Shown here piece after piece: positions 45,476 through 55,373 of a DNA stretch of 64,000 nucleotides. The position numbers and the translations under genes are program-made. The DNA is from an uncultured Bacilli bacterium (GTDB lineage: Bacteria > Bacillota_I > Bacilli_A > ML615J-28 > CAG-313): assembly GCA_944326155.1 (NCBI GenBank), contig CALVCV010000005.1, forward strand, positions 2,107-66,106. Reading direction: 5' to 3'. Below the pieces are notes generated by a model. That model was not told the origin of the DNA. It did not search any database and worked only from the letters and a program-made list of their open reading frames with translations. Positions within the stretch are counted from its first letter, which is position 1. Each line of letters starts with the position of its first letter.

Positions 45476-48301
45476 ATGAAATATTTAAAAAATTTAGCCA
45501 TTGTAATATTATTAGGTATAGTGAGTTGTTTATTTTTGCAAGATCCAGTAAAAGCTCATAAAAACAATATAGGCATAGAGGGGGCAGACGGCATCACATA
45601 TGATGAATGTATTCCTGATATATCAATGTTTGAAGGATATGGTGAAAAATGGTATGAGTTAGTATATTATGATGGTATGATGGATCATATTGATGACGAC
45701 ATAGATACAATATATTACAAAATGCATTTAGAGGAAATAAAACCAGAATGGAAAGTTAGTTCTTCCACAATAGATGACATAAAAGAAGGAATTGAAAGAT
45801 GGAATCGTATTAGTATTTATAAAGAAGATGAGCAAGGAAGACTAGTTGTATATCCTTTGATGCAGTTTGTAGATGTTGATGACTTAGATGATACAACTGG
45901 TATTGAGGTCAATTTAGATATACATTTTGAATATTCATTTATTAGTGGAATGGATGGAGCAAATATTATATATGACAATTCTAGTTTAGTAGAAGAAGAT
46001 ACCATAGTCGTAAATGGAATTAGGCATCAACATTATACAAAATACAATATGACTGTTAATGCTAATAATCCTATTAATCTTGATAGAACGGTAGCACACG
46101 AATTGGGCCATGTTTTTGGTTTAAAAGACATAGACCATATTGAATGTGATAGTAATTTAGATTATCATCATCAAGAATTATTAATGGGATATTCGAATCC
46201 TACTATTTTTCATATGAATCAATATGTAAGTTATCGAGATTTAGCCGGTGCAATGATTGCTAGAGGACTACATACAAATGAAGATCATAAATGGTTGTAT
46301 GATATGCAAAGTTCAACTTCAACAAATCACAAATTGATTTGTTCTATATGTAATTGTGTGAAATATGTTGAAGATTTGAGTGATTATGAATTTGACGTAT
46401 ATAAAGCTTGTGATAATAATCATGATCTTGAAGACGGAAATATGATGGCTGTAGCAAGATACGACAATATGGATTATTGGAAATGTAAATATTGTAGACA
46501 TACTGTAGAATTTGGTTATAACGAACAACAAAATTATACTTTTAAAGAATTTGCGAATAATGGTCAAAGTCATGTTTTAAAAAATAATATAGATGGTTTA
46601 GAATATGAACTAGTTGAAAATCATAACTTTAGTGTTGATTTAGGCAACAATATATATAAATGTAGTTCTTGTCCTATGTGTAATGATGGTCAATTAAGAC
46701 TTCCTGAGGCAGAAGAAGTAGTACTAGAATGTGTTATGGATAGTTTAAATAAACCATTTACATTAAATGGTGATGAAAATAAATGGTATCTATTAGATAT
46801 AGAATGCATTAGTTCATATCTAATAAAAGTAGTTGCAAATAATCAAATACATATGGAAATATTTGATGAAAATTTTAACATCTTACCATTTAATTTAGAA
46901 ACACAAAATAGTGGACAAACTTTATTATATAATAGATCTTTCCCAATTGGAACTTATTATTTGAGAATAGGATTAAAAGATCCAACTAAAGTTGCTAGCG
47001 TTAATTTACAATTAGATTCTAACTTGGATTTTACTCCTCAGTATATAAATGTAGTTCATGAATATGATATTTTTGAACATATGCATAATTCAACCACACA
47101 ATATATATTTGAAAATCATGCAGATCAAATCGCTAAAATAGTATTGGATATTACAAATGATAATGGTGAAGTAGTATATCCTGAGGGATCAATTATCATT
47201 AAAGATGAAAATAAAAATATTGTAAATTGTTTTGCTTTATTACCAAATTATAATAAACCTGCCATTTCTTCTATGGGACAAAATAGTATAATAGCATATT
47301 TAGAAGCAGGTGTGGATTATACTATTGAGGTCAATTATTCACCAGATAATGCTACAACAGGATATGTATCTATACAATTTGTTGATCAAATAAATTATGA
47401 TGTATTTGATAGTAATTATATCGATTTATACGATAATGTTACTCCTAGTGTCGATAATTTAAAGAGTATACAAGTTAATCAAAGTGGTAAATACCAAATT
47501 GATGCAAAACTTACCGCTTTAGGTGATGAAGAAATACAATTTGTTATTTTAACCGCAGAAAGAGATCAAAATGACAATTTACAATATGTAATTGTATCAT
47601 CTATGTCAATGGGTATTGCCAATGATACATTTTCTTATAGTTTAAATATGCTAGATAGCAAGAAATATTTAATTGGTTTTTTAGGTGCTGATTTAGAAGG
47701 AACAGTAGAAGTCACATTAAAAAGACTAATTGAAAATGAAAATGCAACATTTATTACTGATCCAGATGTATATACACCTTGTGGTACTGAGGTCACAATA
47801 AATGGTGGTATAAGACGTGGTAATAGGATTACGGAGGGATTCAATCGTATAGCTTATTTTGAAAATGCACCATCACTATCTAGATTGGATTATTATTGGT
47901 ATAGCAGTAATGAAGACTTATTGACAGTTAGCATTTATGGTACAATACAAGCACTTTCCGTAATGGAAAATCAAGAAGTGACTATAATGGCAGTTTATAA
48001 ATACGATATGTCAAAAGTATTTAGAAAAACCTTTCAAGTCTTAAATGATGGGAAAATTGGTTTGCAGATGATTGAATATAATGTTACGCTTCAAAAAAAT
48101 GGCCTATGGTCAGTAGCCCCTGATGAAAATTGGCCATCACCTATTATTCAAAATTATAATTGGTATACAAATAATGATGACGTAGCAATAGTTAATATTT
48201 GGGGGATAATTAATGCTATAGATTCAGGAGAAGCAACAATATATGGGGATTATAAATATAATTATCGATTTATGATAGCTGTTAACGTTATAGTAATTTG
48301 A
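45476..48301 (+). CDS. Secreted metzincin zinc metalloprotease with Cys-rich region and C-terminal Ig-like (Big_2) domains
   Basis: Signal peptide; HELGHVFGLKD (HExxHxxGxxD, 46097-46129); Met-turn LLMGY; CSIC/CKYC/CSSC motifs; YYWYSSNEDLLTV and YNWYTNNDDVAIV repeats. Confidence 0.8.
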   Translation: MKYLKNLAIVILLGIVSCLFLQDPVKAHKNNIGIEGADGITYDECIPDISMFEGYGEKWYELVYYDGMMDHIDDDIDTIYYKMHLEEIKPEWKVSSSTIDDIKEGIERWNRISIYKEDEQGRLVVYPLMQFVDVDDLDDTTGIEVNLDIHFEYSFISGMDGANIIYDNSSLVEEDTIVVNGIRHQHYTKYNMTVNANNPINLDRTVAHELGHVFGLKDIDHIECDSNLDYHHQELLMGYSNPTIFHMNQYVSYRDLAGAMIARGLHTNEDHKWLYDMQSSTSTNHKLICSICNCVKYVEDLSDYEFDVYKACDNNHDLEDGNMMAVARYDNMDYWKCKYCRHTVEFGYNEQQNYTFKEFANNGQSHVLKNNIDGLEYELVENHNFSVDLGNNIYKCSSCPMCNDGQLRLPEAEEVVLECVMDSLNKPFTLNGDENKWYLLDIECISSYLIKVVANNQIHMEIFDENFNILPFNLETQNSGQTLLYNRSFPIGTYYLRIGLKDPTKVASVNLQLDSNLDFTPQYINVVHEYDIFEHMHNSTTQYIFENHADQIAKIVLDITNDNGEVVYPEGSIIIKDENKNIVNCFALLPNYNKPAISSMGQNSIIAYLEAGVDYTIEVNYSPDNATTGYVSIQFVDQINYDVFDSNYIDLYDNVTPSVDNLKSIQVNQSGKYQIDAKLTALGDEEIQFVILTAERDQNDNLQYVIVSSMSMGIANDTFSYSLNMLDSKKYLIGFLGADLEGTVEVTLKRLIENENATFITDPDVYTPCGTEVTINGGIRRGNRITEGFNRIAYFENAPSLSRLDYYWYSSNEDLLTVSIYGTIQALSVMENQEVTIMAVYKYDMSKVFRKTFQVLNDGKIGLQMIEYNVTLQKNGLWSVAPDENWPSPIIQNYNWYTNNDDVAIVNIWGIINAIDSGEATIYGDYKYNYRFMIAVNVIVI

Positions 48302-48322
48302 TGTGGGGGGCACATCTAAAAT

Positions 48323-48358
48323 AAAAGGTAATAAATATTTTTATTTATTACCTTTTTT
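48323..48358 (+). terminator. Intrinsic terminator after the metalloprotease
   Basis: AAAAGGTAATAAAT...ATTTATTACCTTTTTT. Confidence 0.75.
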
Positions 48359-48473
48359 ATTATATTATAAATAAAAGCTATTATATATAACAAGAACCTG
48401 TTTACTTAAAATGGACTGATTTCATGCGAAGTTAGATTTTTTATTTTGAAGTAAATATCGTGTAGCATTAAAG

Positions 48474-48529
48474 TTGACTATTATACTATTATTTAGTATA
48501 ATTTTTATAGGTTGTTAAGAACTTAACAA
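48474..48529 (+). promoter_or_regulatory. SigA promoter plus palindromic MarR operator
   Basis: TTGACT-17-TATAAT (48474-48502); perfect inverted repeat TTGTTAAG-AA-CTTAACAA (48512-48529) between -10 and the RBS. Confidence 0.75.
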
Positions 48530-48546
48530 AAAGGGGATTGATTAAA

Positions 48547-48999
48547 ATGTTAAAAGATTTATTTATACAACTTTATATAAATAATAAACTTTTTATTGAA
48601 TTCATTGAAAAATTAAGTAAAAAATATAACATCAATCACTTACAATTGTATATTATTGTCTTATCATCTTATGATAAAATGAATGTTTCAACACTATCTG
48701 AAACATTAAATATAACAAAGTCAGCAGTGTCACAAGCTTTAGTTGGTCTTTCCATTAAAAGATTAATTATTAAGAAACAATCAAAAGAAGATAAAAAAAT
48801 ATTTTATATTACACCAACTAAAAAAGCTGAAAAAATTAAAAATGAAATTGCTGATTCTTTTTTATATAAATATCAATTATTTGAAGAAAAACTTGGTAAA
48901 GATGATATGGCAAAGTTTATAGAATTGATTGTTAAATTTAATAACATTTTAGAAGAATTAAAACAAAATGAGGAGGGTAAAGATGTTAAAATTAGTTAA
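48547..48999 (+). CDS. MarR-family transcriptional regulator
   Basis: Winged helix MNVSTLSETLNITKSAVSQAL..L..K.LI....S.EDK+...I.PT.K. Confidence 0.85.
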   Translation: MLKDLFIQLYINNKLFIEFIEKLSKKYNINHLQLYIIVLSSYDKMNVSTLSETLNITKSAVSQALVGLSIKRLIIKKQSKEDKKIFYITPTKKAEKIKNEIADSFLYKYQLFEEKLGKDDMAKFIELIVKFNNILEELKQNEEGKDVKIS

Positions 49000-51679
49000 T
49001 GTTACAAAAGTTTATGTAGCAGGCGATTTAAAAGTTGAAGCTTTAAAGGGAATAAGTATCAATTTTAGAAAAAATGAATTTGTCTCCATTCTTGGTCCAT
49101 CAGGATGTGGTAAAACAACACTACTTAATATTATAGGTGGACTTGACAAATATACATCAGGTGATTTGATTATTAATGGTATATCAACAAAACAATTTAG
49201 GGATAAAGATTGGGATATTTATCGAAATCATCGTATTGGTTTCATATTTCAAAGTTATAACTTGATTCCACATCAAAGCATTTTAGAAAATGTTGAATTA
49301 GCATTAACGATTGCGGGAATGGATAAAAAAGAAAGAATTGAAAAAGCGAAAGAAGTTTTAGATAGGGTTGGGCTTGCAGGTCAGTACAATAAAAAACCAA
49401 ATCAATTATCTGGTGGCCAGTGTCAAAGGGTTGCTATTGCGAGAGCTCTTGTAAATGATCCTGAAATCTTATTAGCAGATGAGCCAACCGGTGCCTTAGA
49501 TACGACAACATCAATCCAAATAATGGAGTTAATTAAGGAAATATCCAATGAAAAATTAGTCATTATGGTTACACACAATCCAAGTTTGGCTGAAAAATAT
49601 TCAACAAGAATTATTAAGTTATTAGATGGCGAAATTCAAGATGATTCTAATTATTGTTCAGATAAAGAAGAATTAAACTCTCTATCCGAAACTATTGATG
49701 AAACAAAAGTTGAGAAAGCGAAAATGTCTATTTGGACAGCCTTTAAACTTTCAGGTAGAAATTTACTAAGTAAATTTAAAAGAACTTTTATGGTTGGTCT
49801 TGCTGGCTCAATAGGCATTATTGGGGTATCACTAGTTCTTGCTTTATCAAGCGGTATTAGTGGCTATATTGATGATTTGCAAGAGGATATGTTATCTGGT
49901 AACCCCATTACAATTACTGAACAAACATATGATTTGAATGCTATGATGAGTTCAATAACTACTTTCGAACAAGCTGAAATTGTGATTAAAGATGGTTTTG
50001 TTAGTATTAATTCCATGATGGAGATGCTTTCTAAACGAGCTGAAACCATGAATTCTATTATGGTTACTAACGAAATAAATCAAAATTATATTGATTATTT
50101 AAATGCAATGCCTAAAGAATATATTCAAAATATTTCTTATGGTTATGGTATAGATATTACAAATAATATTTATACAAATTTTACACAAGAAAGTATGAAT
50201 AAAACAACAAGCACTTCACTTACTGCAATCAAACAAATATATAAATCTCTTTTGTTAGAAACTGAATTTAAAGAATCTGCATCTGCGATTTCAACTTTGG
50301 GTCAATCAATGTCACAATCAATTGATAATGAAGAGTATTTATTATCACAATACAATCTTTTATCGGGAAAGGTTGCAAAAAATGCTAACGAGATAATGAT
50401 TGTAGTTAGCAAAGACAGACAAATTACTGATTTGACTTTAGCACAATTAGGTTATTACACTGAAGATGAATTTTTAAATTTGGCTTTTAAAGCATTTAAT
50501 GAAGACTATGATGAATCACTCATTAAAGATGAATTTTCTTACGAAGAATTATTAGATAAAAGATTTACTTGGTATCCAAATGATATAGTATTTGATAAAA
50601 ATCAAAGCATAATTCCTGGTGTGGTATCAGCTAATCCTTTTACATATAAACCAGTAACTGATGATAGTTTCAGTGATGGATTAGAACTAAAAGTTGTGGG
50701 TATATTGCAACCTAAGGATAATATTAATTATGGTTCTTTATCTACTGGTTTTTATTATACATCTGCTTTAACAAATTATATTTTAGAAGTTAACAAAGAT
50801 AGTGAAATTGCAAACTATATTAGAACTGATTTAGAAGGTGAATCGATTACTAGTATGATTGCAAATACCCCTATGGGTGAAACTGCAGTAGGTATAACCT
50901 ATAAATACAATTATAGTGCAAACGGAGAAGTAAAAGAAGGAACTGGTTTTGTAGGTACTGCCTCTTTTGCTTCAATCATGGGTGATATGATTGGAGGTAT
51001 TATAGGAGGATCATCAGGTGGGACCTCTACTGATATACCTGAGATGTATAGTCTATCGTTAAGAAATGTTGGCGGTGATGATTTAGCGAATAGTATTGCA
51101 ATTTATCCTGTTGATTTTGAACTAAAAGAACAAGTTTTAGCTTATTTAGATGCTTGGAATGCAGATGATGATATTGTTGTAAATGGTATTACTTTAAATA
51201 AAGATAATCGCTCAAATATTACTTATACGGATACTTTATCAATTGTTATCTCAATGATTAATACAATGATTAATATTATAACTACTGCACTTGTTGCTTT
51301 TACTGCTATTTCGCTCATTGTTTCAACGGTTATGATTGGTATAATTACTTATGTATCTGTAGTTGAAAGAGTTAAAGAAATTGGTGTCATTCGTTCACTT
51401 GGTGGTCGTAAGAAAGATGTAGCTCATTTATTTAATGCGGAAACTTTTATAATTGGTTTTGTGGCAGGACTATTGGGTATTGGTATTACTTACTTGATTT
51501 CTTTAATTGCAAACTTAATTATTGGTGGCTTAATTAATATATATACACTTGTATCACTTAAATGGTATCAAGCTCTTATCATGGTTACAATTAGCGTTGT
51601 ACTTACATTAATTTCAGGATTATTCCCATCACGTTCTGCTGCTAAAATGGATCCTGTTAATGCTCTCAGAACGGAATAA
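48983..51679 (+). CDS. MacB/FtsX-type ABC transporter, ATPase-permease fusion
   Basis: GPSGCGKTT, LSGGQCQR, DEPTGALD, VTHN; large extracellular domain; ERVKEIGVIRSLG...DPVNALRTE. Confidence 0.92.
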   Translation: MLKLVNVTKVYVAGDLKVEALKGISINFRKNEFVSILGPSGCGKTTLLNIIGGLDKYTSGDLIINGISTKQFRDKDWDIYRNHRIGFIFQSYNLIPHQSILENVELALTIAGMDKKERIEKAKEVLDRVGLAGQYNKKPNQLSGGQCQRVAIARALVNDPEILLADEPTGALDTTTSIQIMELIKEISNEKLVIMVTHNPSLAEKYSTRIIKLLDGEIQDDSNYCSDKEELNSLSETIDETKVEKAKMSIWTAFKLSGRNLLSKFKRTFMVGLAGSIGIIGVSLVLALSSGISGYIDDLQEDMLSGNPITITEQTYDLNAMMSSITTFEQAEIVIKDGFVSINSMMEMLSKRAETMNSIMVTNEINQNYIDYLNAMPKEYIQNISYGYGIDITNNIYTNFTQESMNKTTSTSLTAIKQIYKSLLLETEFKESASAISTLGQSMSQSIDNEEYLLSQYNLLSGKVAKNANEIMIVVSKDRQITDLTLAQLGYYTEDEFLNLAFKAFNEDYDESLIKDEFSYEELLDKRFTWYPNDIVFDKNQSIIPGVVSANPFTYKPVTDDSFSDGLELKVVGILQPKDNINYGSLSTGFYYTSALTNYILEVNKDSEIANYIRTDLEGESITSMIANTPMGETAVGITYKYNYSANGEVKEGTGFVGTASFASIMGDMIGGIIGGSSGGTSTDIPEMYSLSLRNVGGDDLANSIAIYPVDFELKEQVLAYLDAWNADDDIVVNGITLNKDNRSNITYTDTLSIVISMINTMINIITTALVAFTAISLIVSTVMIGIITYVSVVERVKEIGVIRSLGGRKKDVAHLFNAETFIIGFVAGLLGIGITYLISLIANLIIGGLINIYTLVSLKWYQALIMVTISVVLTLISGLFPSRSAAKMDPVNALRTE

Positions 51680-51685
51680 TTTAGG

Positions 51686-52135
51686 ATGAAAAATTTTAGA
51701 AATAGTATTTTTTTACTAGTTATCTTAATTTTTGTTATTTCTTGTTCTAGTACTAAAATTATTCCTGATGGTTATATAAAAAAAGAAAATTATACGAGTG
51801 CCAATATTGATCAATTTAATAATACCTTACAACTATCAATTTATAGATATGATAAAAAACCTGCTTTAAACAAAAATCGTTTTTTAGAATTAGTTGATGA
51901 TGAACTAGAACAACTTTTAAATTTACTTAATCGCTTTGAAATAGAAGTGCAAAAATATGATTTTAAAGATGCATATGATATTGTATCAAATGATATAAAT
52001 AATGAAGATTATGTCTATATTGATTATCGTTTTAACGATTTAGAGCAATTTAGTATCTATTTATTTGATAGTTCAAAAAATACTTTATATTATATGTATA
52101 TGTTAGTTTTAGATAGTGATGTGATTATTGAATAG
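51686..52135 (+). CDS. Small hypothetical lipoprotein
   Basis: Lipobox FVISC after a hydrophobic signal; 6 nt after the ABC gene. Confidence 0.65.
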   Translation: MKNFRNSIFLLVILIFVISCSSTKIIPDGYIKKENYTSANIDQFNNTLQLSIYRYDKKPALNKNRFLELVDDELEQLLNLLNRFEIEVQKYDFKDAYDIVSNDINNEDYVYIDYRFNDLEQFSIYLFDSSKNTLYYMYMLVLDSDVIIE

Positions 52136-52152
52136 TTTATTAGATGTTTTGC

Positions 52153-52192
52153 AAAAAGCATAGTTTTAAGTGATTTAAGATTATGCTTTTTT
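52153..52192 (+). terminator. Intrinsic terminator
   Basis: AAAAAGCATAGTTTTAA...TTAAGATTATGCTTTTTT. Confidence 0.75.
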
Positions 52193-52230
52193 CTTTTTTT
52201 ACATAAATTAAAATAAATTTAAAAAAGGTA

Positions 52231-52258
52231 TTGACAATTTGTAAAAAAAAGGTATAAT
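52231..52258 (+). promoter_or_regulatory. SigA promoter of clpB
   Basis: TTGACA-16-TATAAT. Confidence 0.75.
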
Positions 52259-52262
52259 AATA

Positions 52263-52289
52263 TTAGCACTCATAGACTAAGAGTGCTAA
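52263..52289 (+). promoter_or_regulatory. CIRCE element (HrcA operator)
   Basis: Exact TTAGCACTC-N9-GAGTGCTAA. Confidence 0.97.
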
Positions 52290-52302
52290 AGAGGTGAAAA
52301 CT

Positions 52303-54414
52303 ATGGAAATGCAAGATTATTCAAAAGACGAAAAGGTTCTAGAGAAATTTGGACGTGACGTCACACAAAGTGTGAAAGATGGTAAAATTGATCCAGTAAT
52401 TGGACGTGAAGAAGAAATATTGCGTATTGTTAAAATTCTTGCGCGAAAAACCAAAAATAATCCAATTTTAATTGGTCCTCCCGGAGTGGGTAAGACAGCA
52501 ATCATTGAGGGTTTAGCTGCCCGTATCGTTAAAGAAGATGTTCCGGAGAATTTAAAAGGATGTCATATATATGAGCTCGATATGGGATCACTTGTTGCAG
52601 GTGCCAAATATCGTGGTGAATTTGAGGAAAGATTAAAAGCAGTTTTAAATAAGATTAAAGAAAAAAATGGTGAAATGATTCTTTTTATTGATGAGATTCA
52701 TTTGATTGTCGGTGCAGGTCGTGCGGATGGTGCCCTTGACGCTGGAAACATGTTAAAGCCAATGCTTGCACGTGGAGAATTACATTGTATCGGTGCTACA
52801 ACATTAAATGAATATCGAAATTATATTGAAAAGGATTCAGCCCTTGAAAGACGTTTTGAAAAGGTTTATATCAGTGAACCAACAGTTGAAGATACGATTA
52901 GTATATTAAGAGGATTAAAAGATCGCTTTGAAGTATATCACGGTGTAAGAATTTCTGACCCTGCTATCATTGCTGCTGCAACCCTTTCAAATCGTTATAT
53001 TACTGATCGTTACTTACCAGATAAAGCAATTGATTTAATTGATGAAGCATGTGCATCTATTAGAACTGAGATGAATTCAATGCCAAATGAACTAGATTTG
53101 TTACAAAGACAAATTATGCAACTTGAAATTGAAAAGACAGCCCTTGGAAAAGAAAAGGATGCTCTTTCTAAAGAAAGACTAGAAAAGATTGCTAAAGAAT
53201 TAGATGAGAAAAAACAACAATTTGATGAAATGATGAAAAAGTGGAAGAAAGAAAAAGAAGAATTATCATCGATTAAACAAAAACAAAAAGATTTGGAAAG
53301 TTATAAAAAAGAATATGACGATGCTTTATTACGAGCAGATTATAACCGAGCTGGTGAATTAATTTATAAAATTATTCCTAGTCTTGAAAAAGAAATTAAT
53401 GCTTATGAACAAAAATCTGCTAATAATAAGATGATATCAGAAGTAGTCACCGAAAATGATATTGCGGATATCATTTCTAAATCAACAAATATTCCTGTTT
53501 CTAAACTTGTACAAGGTGAAAAGGAAAAATTATTAGGTTTAAAAGATATTCTTGCGAAAAGAGTGATTGGCCAAGATGAAGCCTTGACGCTTGTAAGTGA
53601 CGCCATCATTAGACAAAGATCAGGTATTAAAGATGAAAATAGACCAATTGGTTCTTTCTTATTCCTTGGTCCTACCGGTGTTGGTAAGACTGAAGTTTGT
53701 AAGAGTCTCGCTGAAGCACTATTCGATAGTGAGTCACATATTGTTCGTTTTGACATGAGTGAGTATATGGAACCCCATTCTGTGTCTAGACTAATTGGTG
53801 CGCCTCCTGGATATGTTGGGTATGATGAAGGTGGTCAATTGACAGAAGCTGTTAGAAGAAGACCATATTCAATTGTGTTGTTTGATGAGATTGAGAAAGC
53901 TCATCGTGATATTTTCAATATCTTATTACAAATTCTTGATGATGGTAGATTAACTGATTCTCAAGGTAGAGTGGTTGACTTTAAAAATACTATTATTATC
54001 ATGACTTCTAACTTAGGTAGTGAATATCTTTTAAATCATGAAGCAAATGCCAATGAATTAGTTATGAATGAGGTTCGTGCCCATTTTAGACCGGAGTTCT
54101 TAAATCGTATCGATGAAATCGTTATGTTTAATCCATTATCAAGAGAAGTTCAAATTAAGATTGTAGATAAACTTTTAAATGAATTAAAAGTAAGACTTGA
54201 TAAAAATAATATTAAAGTTGATTTTACAAATAGTTTGAAGAAATATATTATTGATAATAGTTATAATACGACATATGGCGCAAGACCTATTAAAAGATTT
54301 ATTCAGAAGAATATTGAAACTGAAATTGCAAAAAAAATCATTTCATCCGAAATTGAGCCCAATGCTTATTACGTGATTGATTATCAAGGTCACTTGATTA
54401 TTAATAAGAAATAA
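52303..54414 (+). CDS. clpB: ClpB chaperone lacking the N-terminal Clp_N domain
   Basis: Starts at [16 protein letters not shown]; [20 protein letters not shown], coiled-coil M domain, [17 protein letters not shown]; RBS GAGGTG favours ATG 52303. Confidence 0.92.
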   Translation: MEMQDYSKDEKVLEKFGRDVTQSVKDGKIDPVIGREEEILRIVKILARKTKNNPILIGPPGVGKTAIIEGLAARIVKEDVPENLKGCHIYELDMGSLVAGAKYRGEFEERLKAVLNKIKEKNGEMILFIDEIHLIVGAGRADGALDAGNMLKPMLARGELHCIGATTLNEYRNYIEKDSALERRFEKVYISEPTVEDTISILRGLKDRFEVYHGVRISDPAIIAAATLSNRYITDRYLPDKAIDLIDEACASIRTEMNSMPNELDLLQRQIMQLEIEKTALGKEKDALSKERLEKIAKELDEKKQQFDEMMKKWKKEKEELSSIKQKQKDLESYKKEYDDALLRADYNRAGELIYKIIPSLEKEINAYEQKSANNKMISEVVTENDIADIISKSTNIPVSKLVQGEKEKLLGLKDILAKRVIGQDEALTLVSDAIIRQRSGIKDENRPIGSFLFLGPTGVGKTEVCKSLAEALFDSESHIVRFDMSEYMEPHSVSRLIGAPPGYVGYDEGGQLTEAVRRRPYSIVLFDEIEKAHRDIFNILLQILDDGRLTDSQGRVVDFKNTIIIMTSNLGSEYLLNHEANANELVMNEVRAHFRPEFLNRIDEIVMFNPLSREVQIKIVDKLLNELKVRLDKNNIKVDFTNSLKKYIIDNSYNTTYGARPIKRFIQKNIETEIAKKIISSEIEPNAYYVIDYQGHLIINKK

Positions 54415-54421
54415 ACAAAAT

Positions 54422-54456
54422 ATAAAAAACGAGTAGTAAACCTACTCGTTTTTTAT
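54422..54456 (+). terminator. Intrinsic terminator after clpB
   Basis: ATAAAAAACGAGTAG-N5-CTACTCGTTTTTTAT. Confidence 0.85.
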
Positions 54457-54531
54457 GATAAAAAGTTAAGAATAAAAGTTTTTATTTTGGACAAAATGTC
54501 TAAAATAAGATATAATATGGAGGGTGAAAAT

Positions 54532-55230
54532 ATGTTAGAAGAATTTTATCAATTAAAGGATGAAACAAAGGTTGCATTTATAACAAAAATTGCTAGTACA
54601 AACATACCATCTTTAGGTATCACTATCCCAAAAATTAAAACTTTTGTCAAAAGTCATGATATTACATATGATACACTAGATCAAATTCCACTCAATCAAT
54701 ATATTGAACAAGATGTGCTATATGGTTTATTTTTAAATAAGCTTGCTAAAAATAAAGATAAAGCATATTATCAGCATTTTTTAGCATATGTAAAATATTT
54801 AGATAACTGGATTACGTGTGATACGTTTGTGTCAAGTACAAAATTTAAACTTGCCGAATATGACCAACTTTATCAAATTATTAGCTATCTTTTAAAACAG
54901 GAAGGTATTATGACTAGATGTGGATTGGTACTATTAAAAAAATATTTTATTAAAGAAAAACCATTTGATGAAATTTTTAAATTAATCAAAACTATCCAAT
55001 ATGGGTTATATTATGTTGATATGGGATGTGCTTGGTTGCTTGCAACAATGGCCTGTTTTGACTTTGAGTATATATATTCCCATCTTGATGAAATTGCTAG
55101 TATGTCTTTTTTCGTTTATAAAAAAACGATCCAAAAGATGAAAGAGTCATATCTAATCACACCTTTTCAAAAGGATAGATTAAAAAAATTTGTGCGTATA
55201 GCTCAGAAGGACAGAGCAGCTGCCTCCTAA
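54532..55230 (+). CDS. DNA alkylation repair protein (AlkD-like HEAT repeat); 3' end overlaps the tRNA
   Basis: LGITIPKIK, DNWITCD, YYVDMGCAWLLA motifs; RBS GGAGG; promoter TGGACA-17-TATAAT at 54488-54516. Confidence 0.75.
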   Translation: MLEEFYQLKDETKVAFITKIASTNIPSLGITIPKIKTFVKSHDITYDTLDQIPLNQYIEQDVLYGLFLNKLAKNKDKAYYQHFLAYVKYLDNWITCDTFVSSTKFKLAEYDQLYQIISYLLKQEGIMTRCGLVLLKKYFIKEKPFDEIFKLIKTIQYGLYYVDMGCAWLLATMACFDFEYIYSHLDEIASMSFFVYKKTIQKMKESYLITPFQKDRLKKFVRIAQKDRAAAS

Positions 55231-55268
55231 GCAGCAGGTCGGATGTTCGAATCATCTTACGCACGCCA
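55192..55268 (+). tRNA. tRNA-Arg (anticodon CCT), encoded CCA
   Basis: Acceptor GTGCGTA/TACGCAC, D-arm GCTC/GAGC, anticodon stem GCTGC/GCAGC with loop CTCCTAA, T-arm GGATG-TTCGAAT-CATCT, 3' GCCA. Confidence 0.96.
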
Positions 55269-55275
55269 GGAAAAT

Positions 55276-55299
55276 AAAAAGGAGGTATCTCCTTTTTTT
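55276..55299 (+). terminator. Terminator after the tRNA
   Basis: AAAAAGGAG-GTAT-CTCCTTTTTTT. Confidence 0.8.
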
Positions 55300-55373
55300 A
55301 AATAACTTATTATATAAGTTGTAAAAAGACTCCAAAAAAAGTATAATAAATAAAAACAAAAAGGAGTACAACT

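Noticed and set aside
48300-48316. Mini-hairpin GATGTG-GGGGG-CACATC at the metalloprotease stop codon
   Set aside because: Only a 6-bp stem next to a conventional terminator; no evidence of separate function
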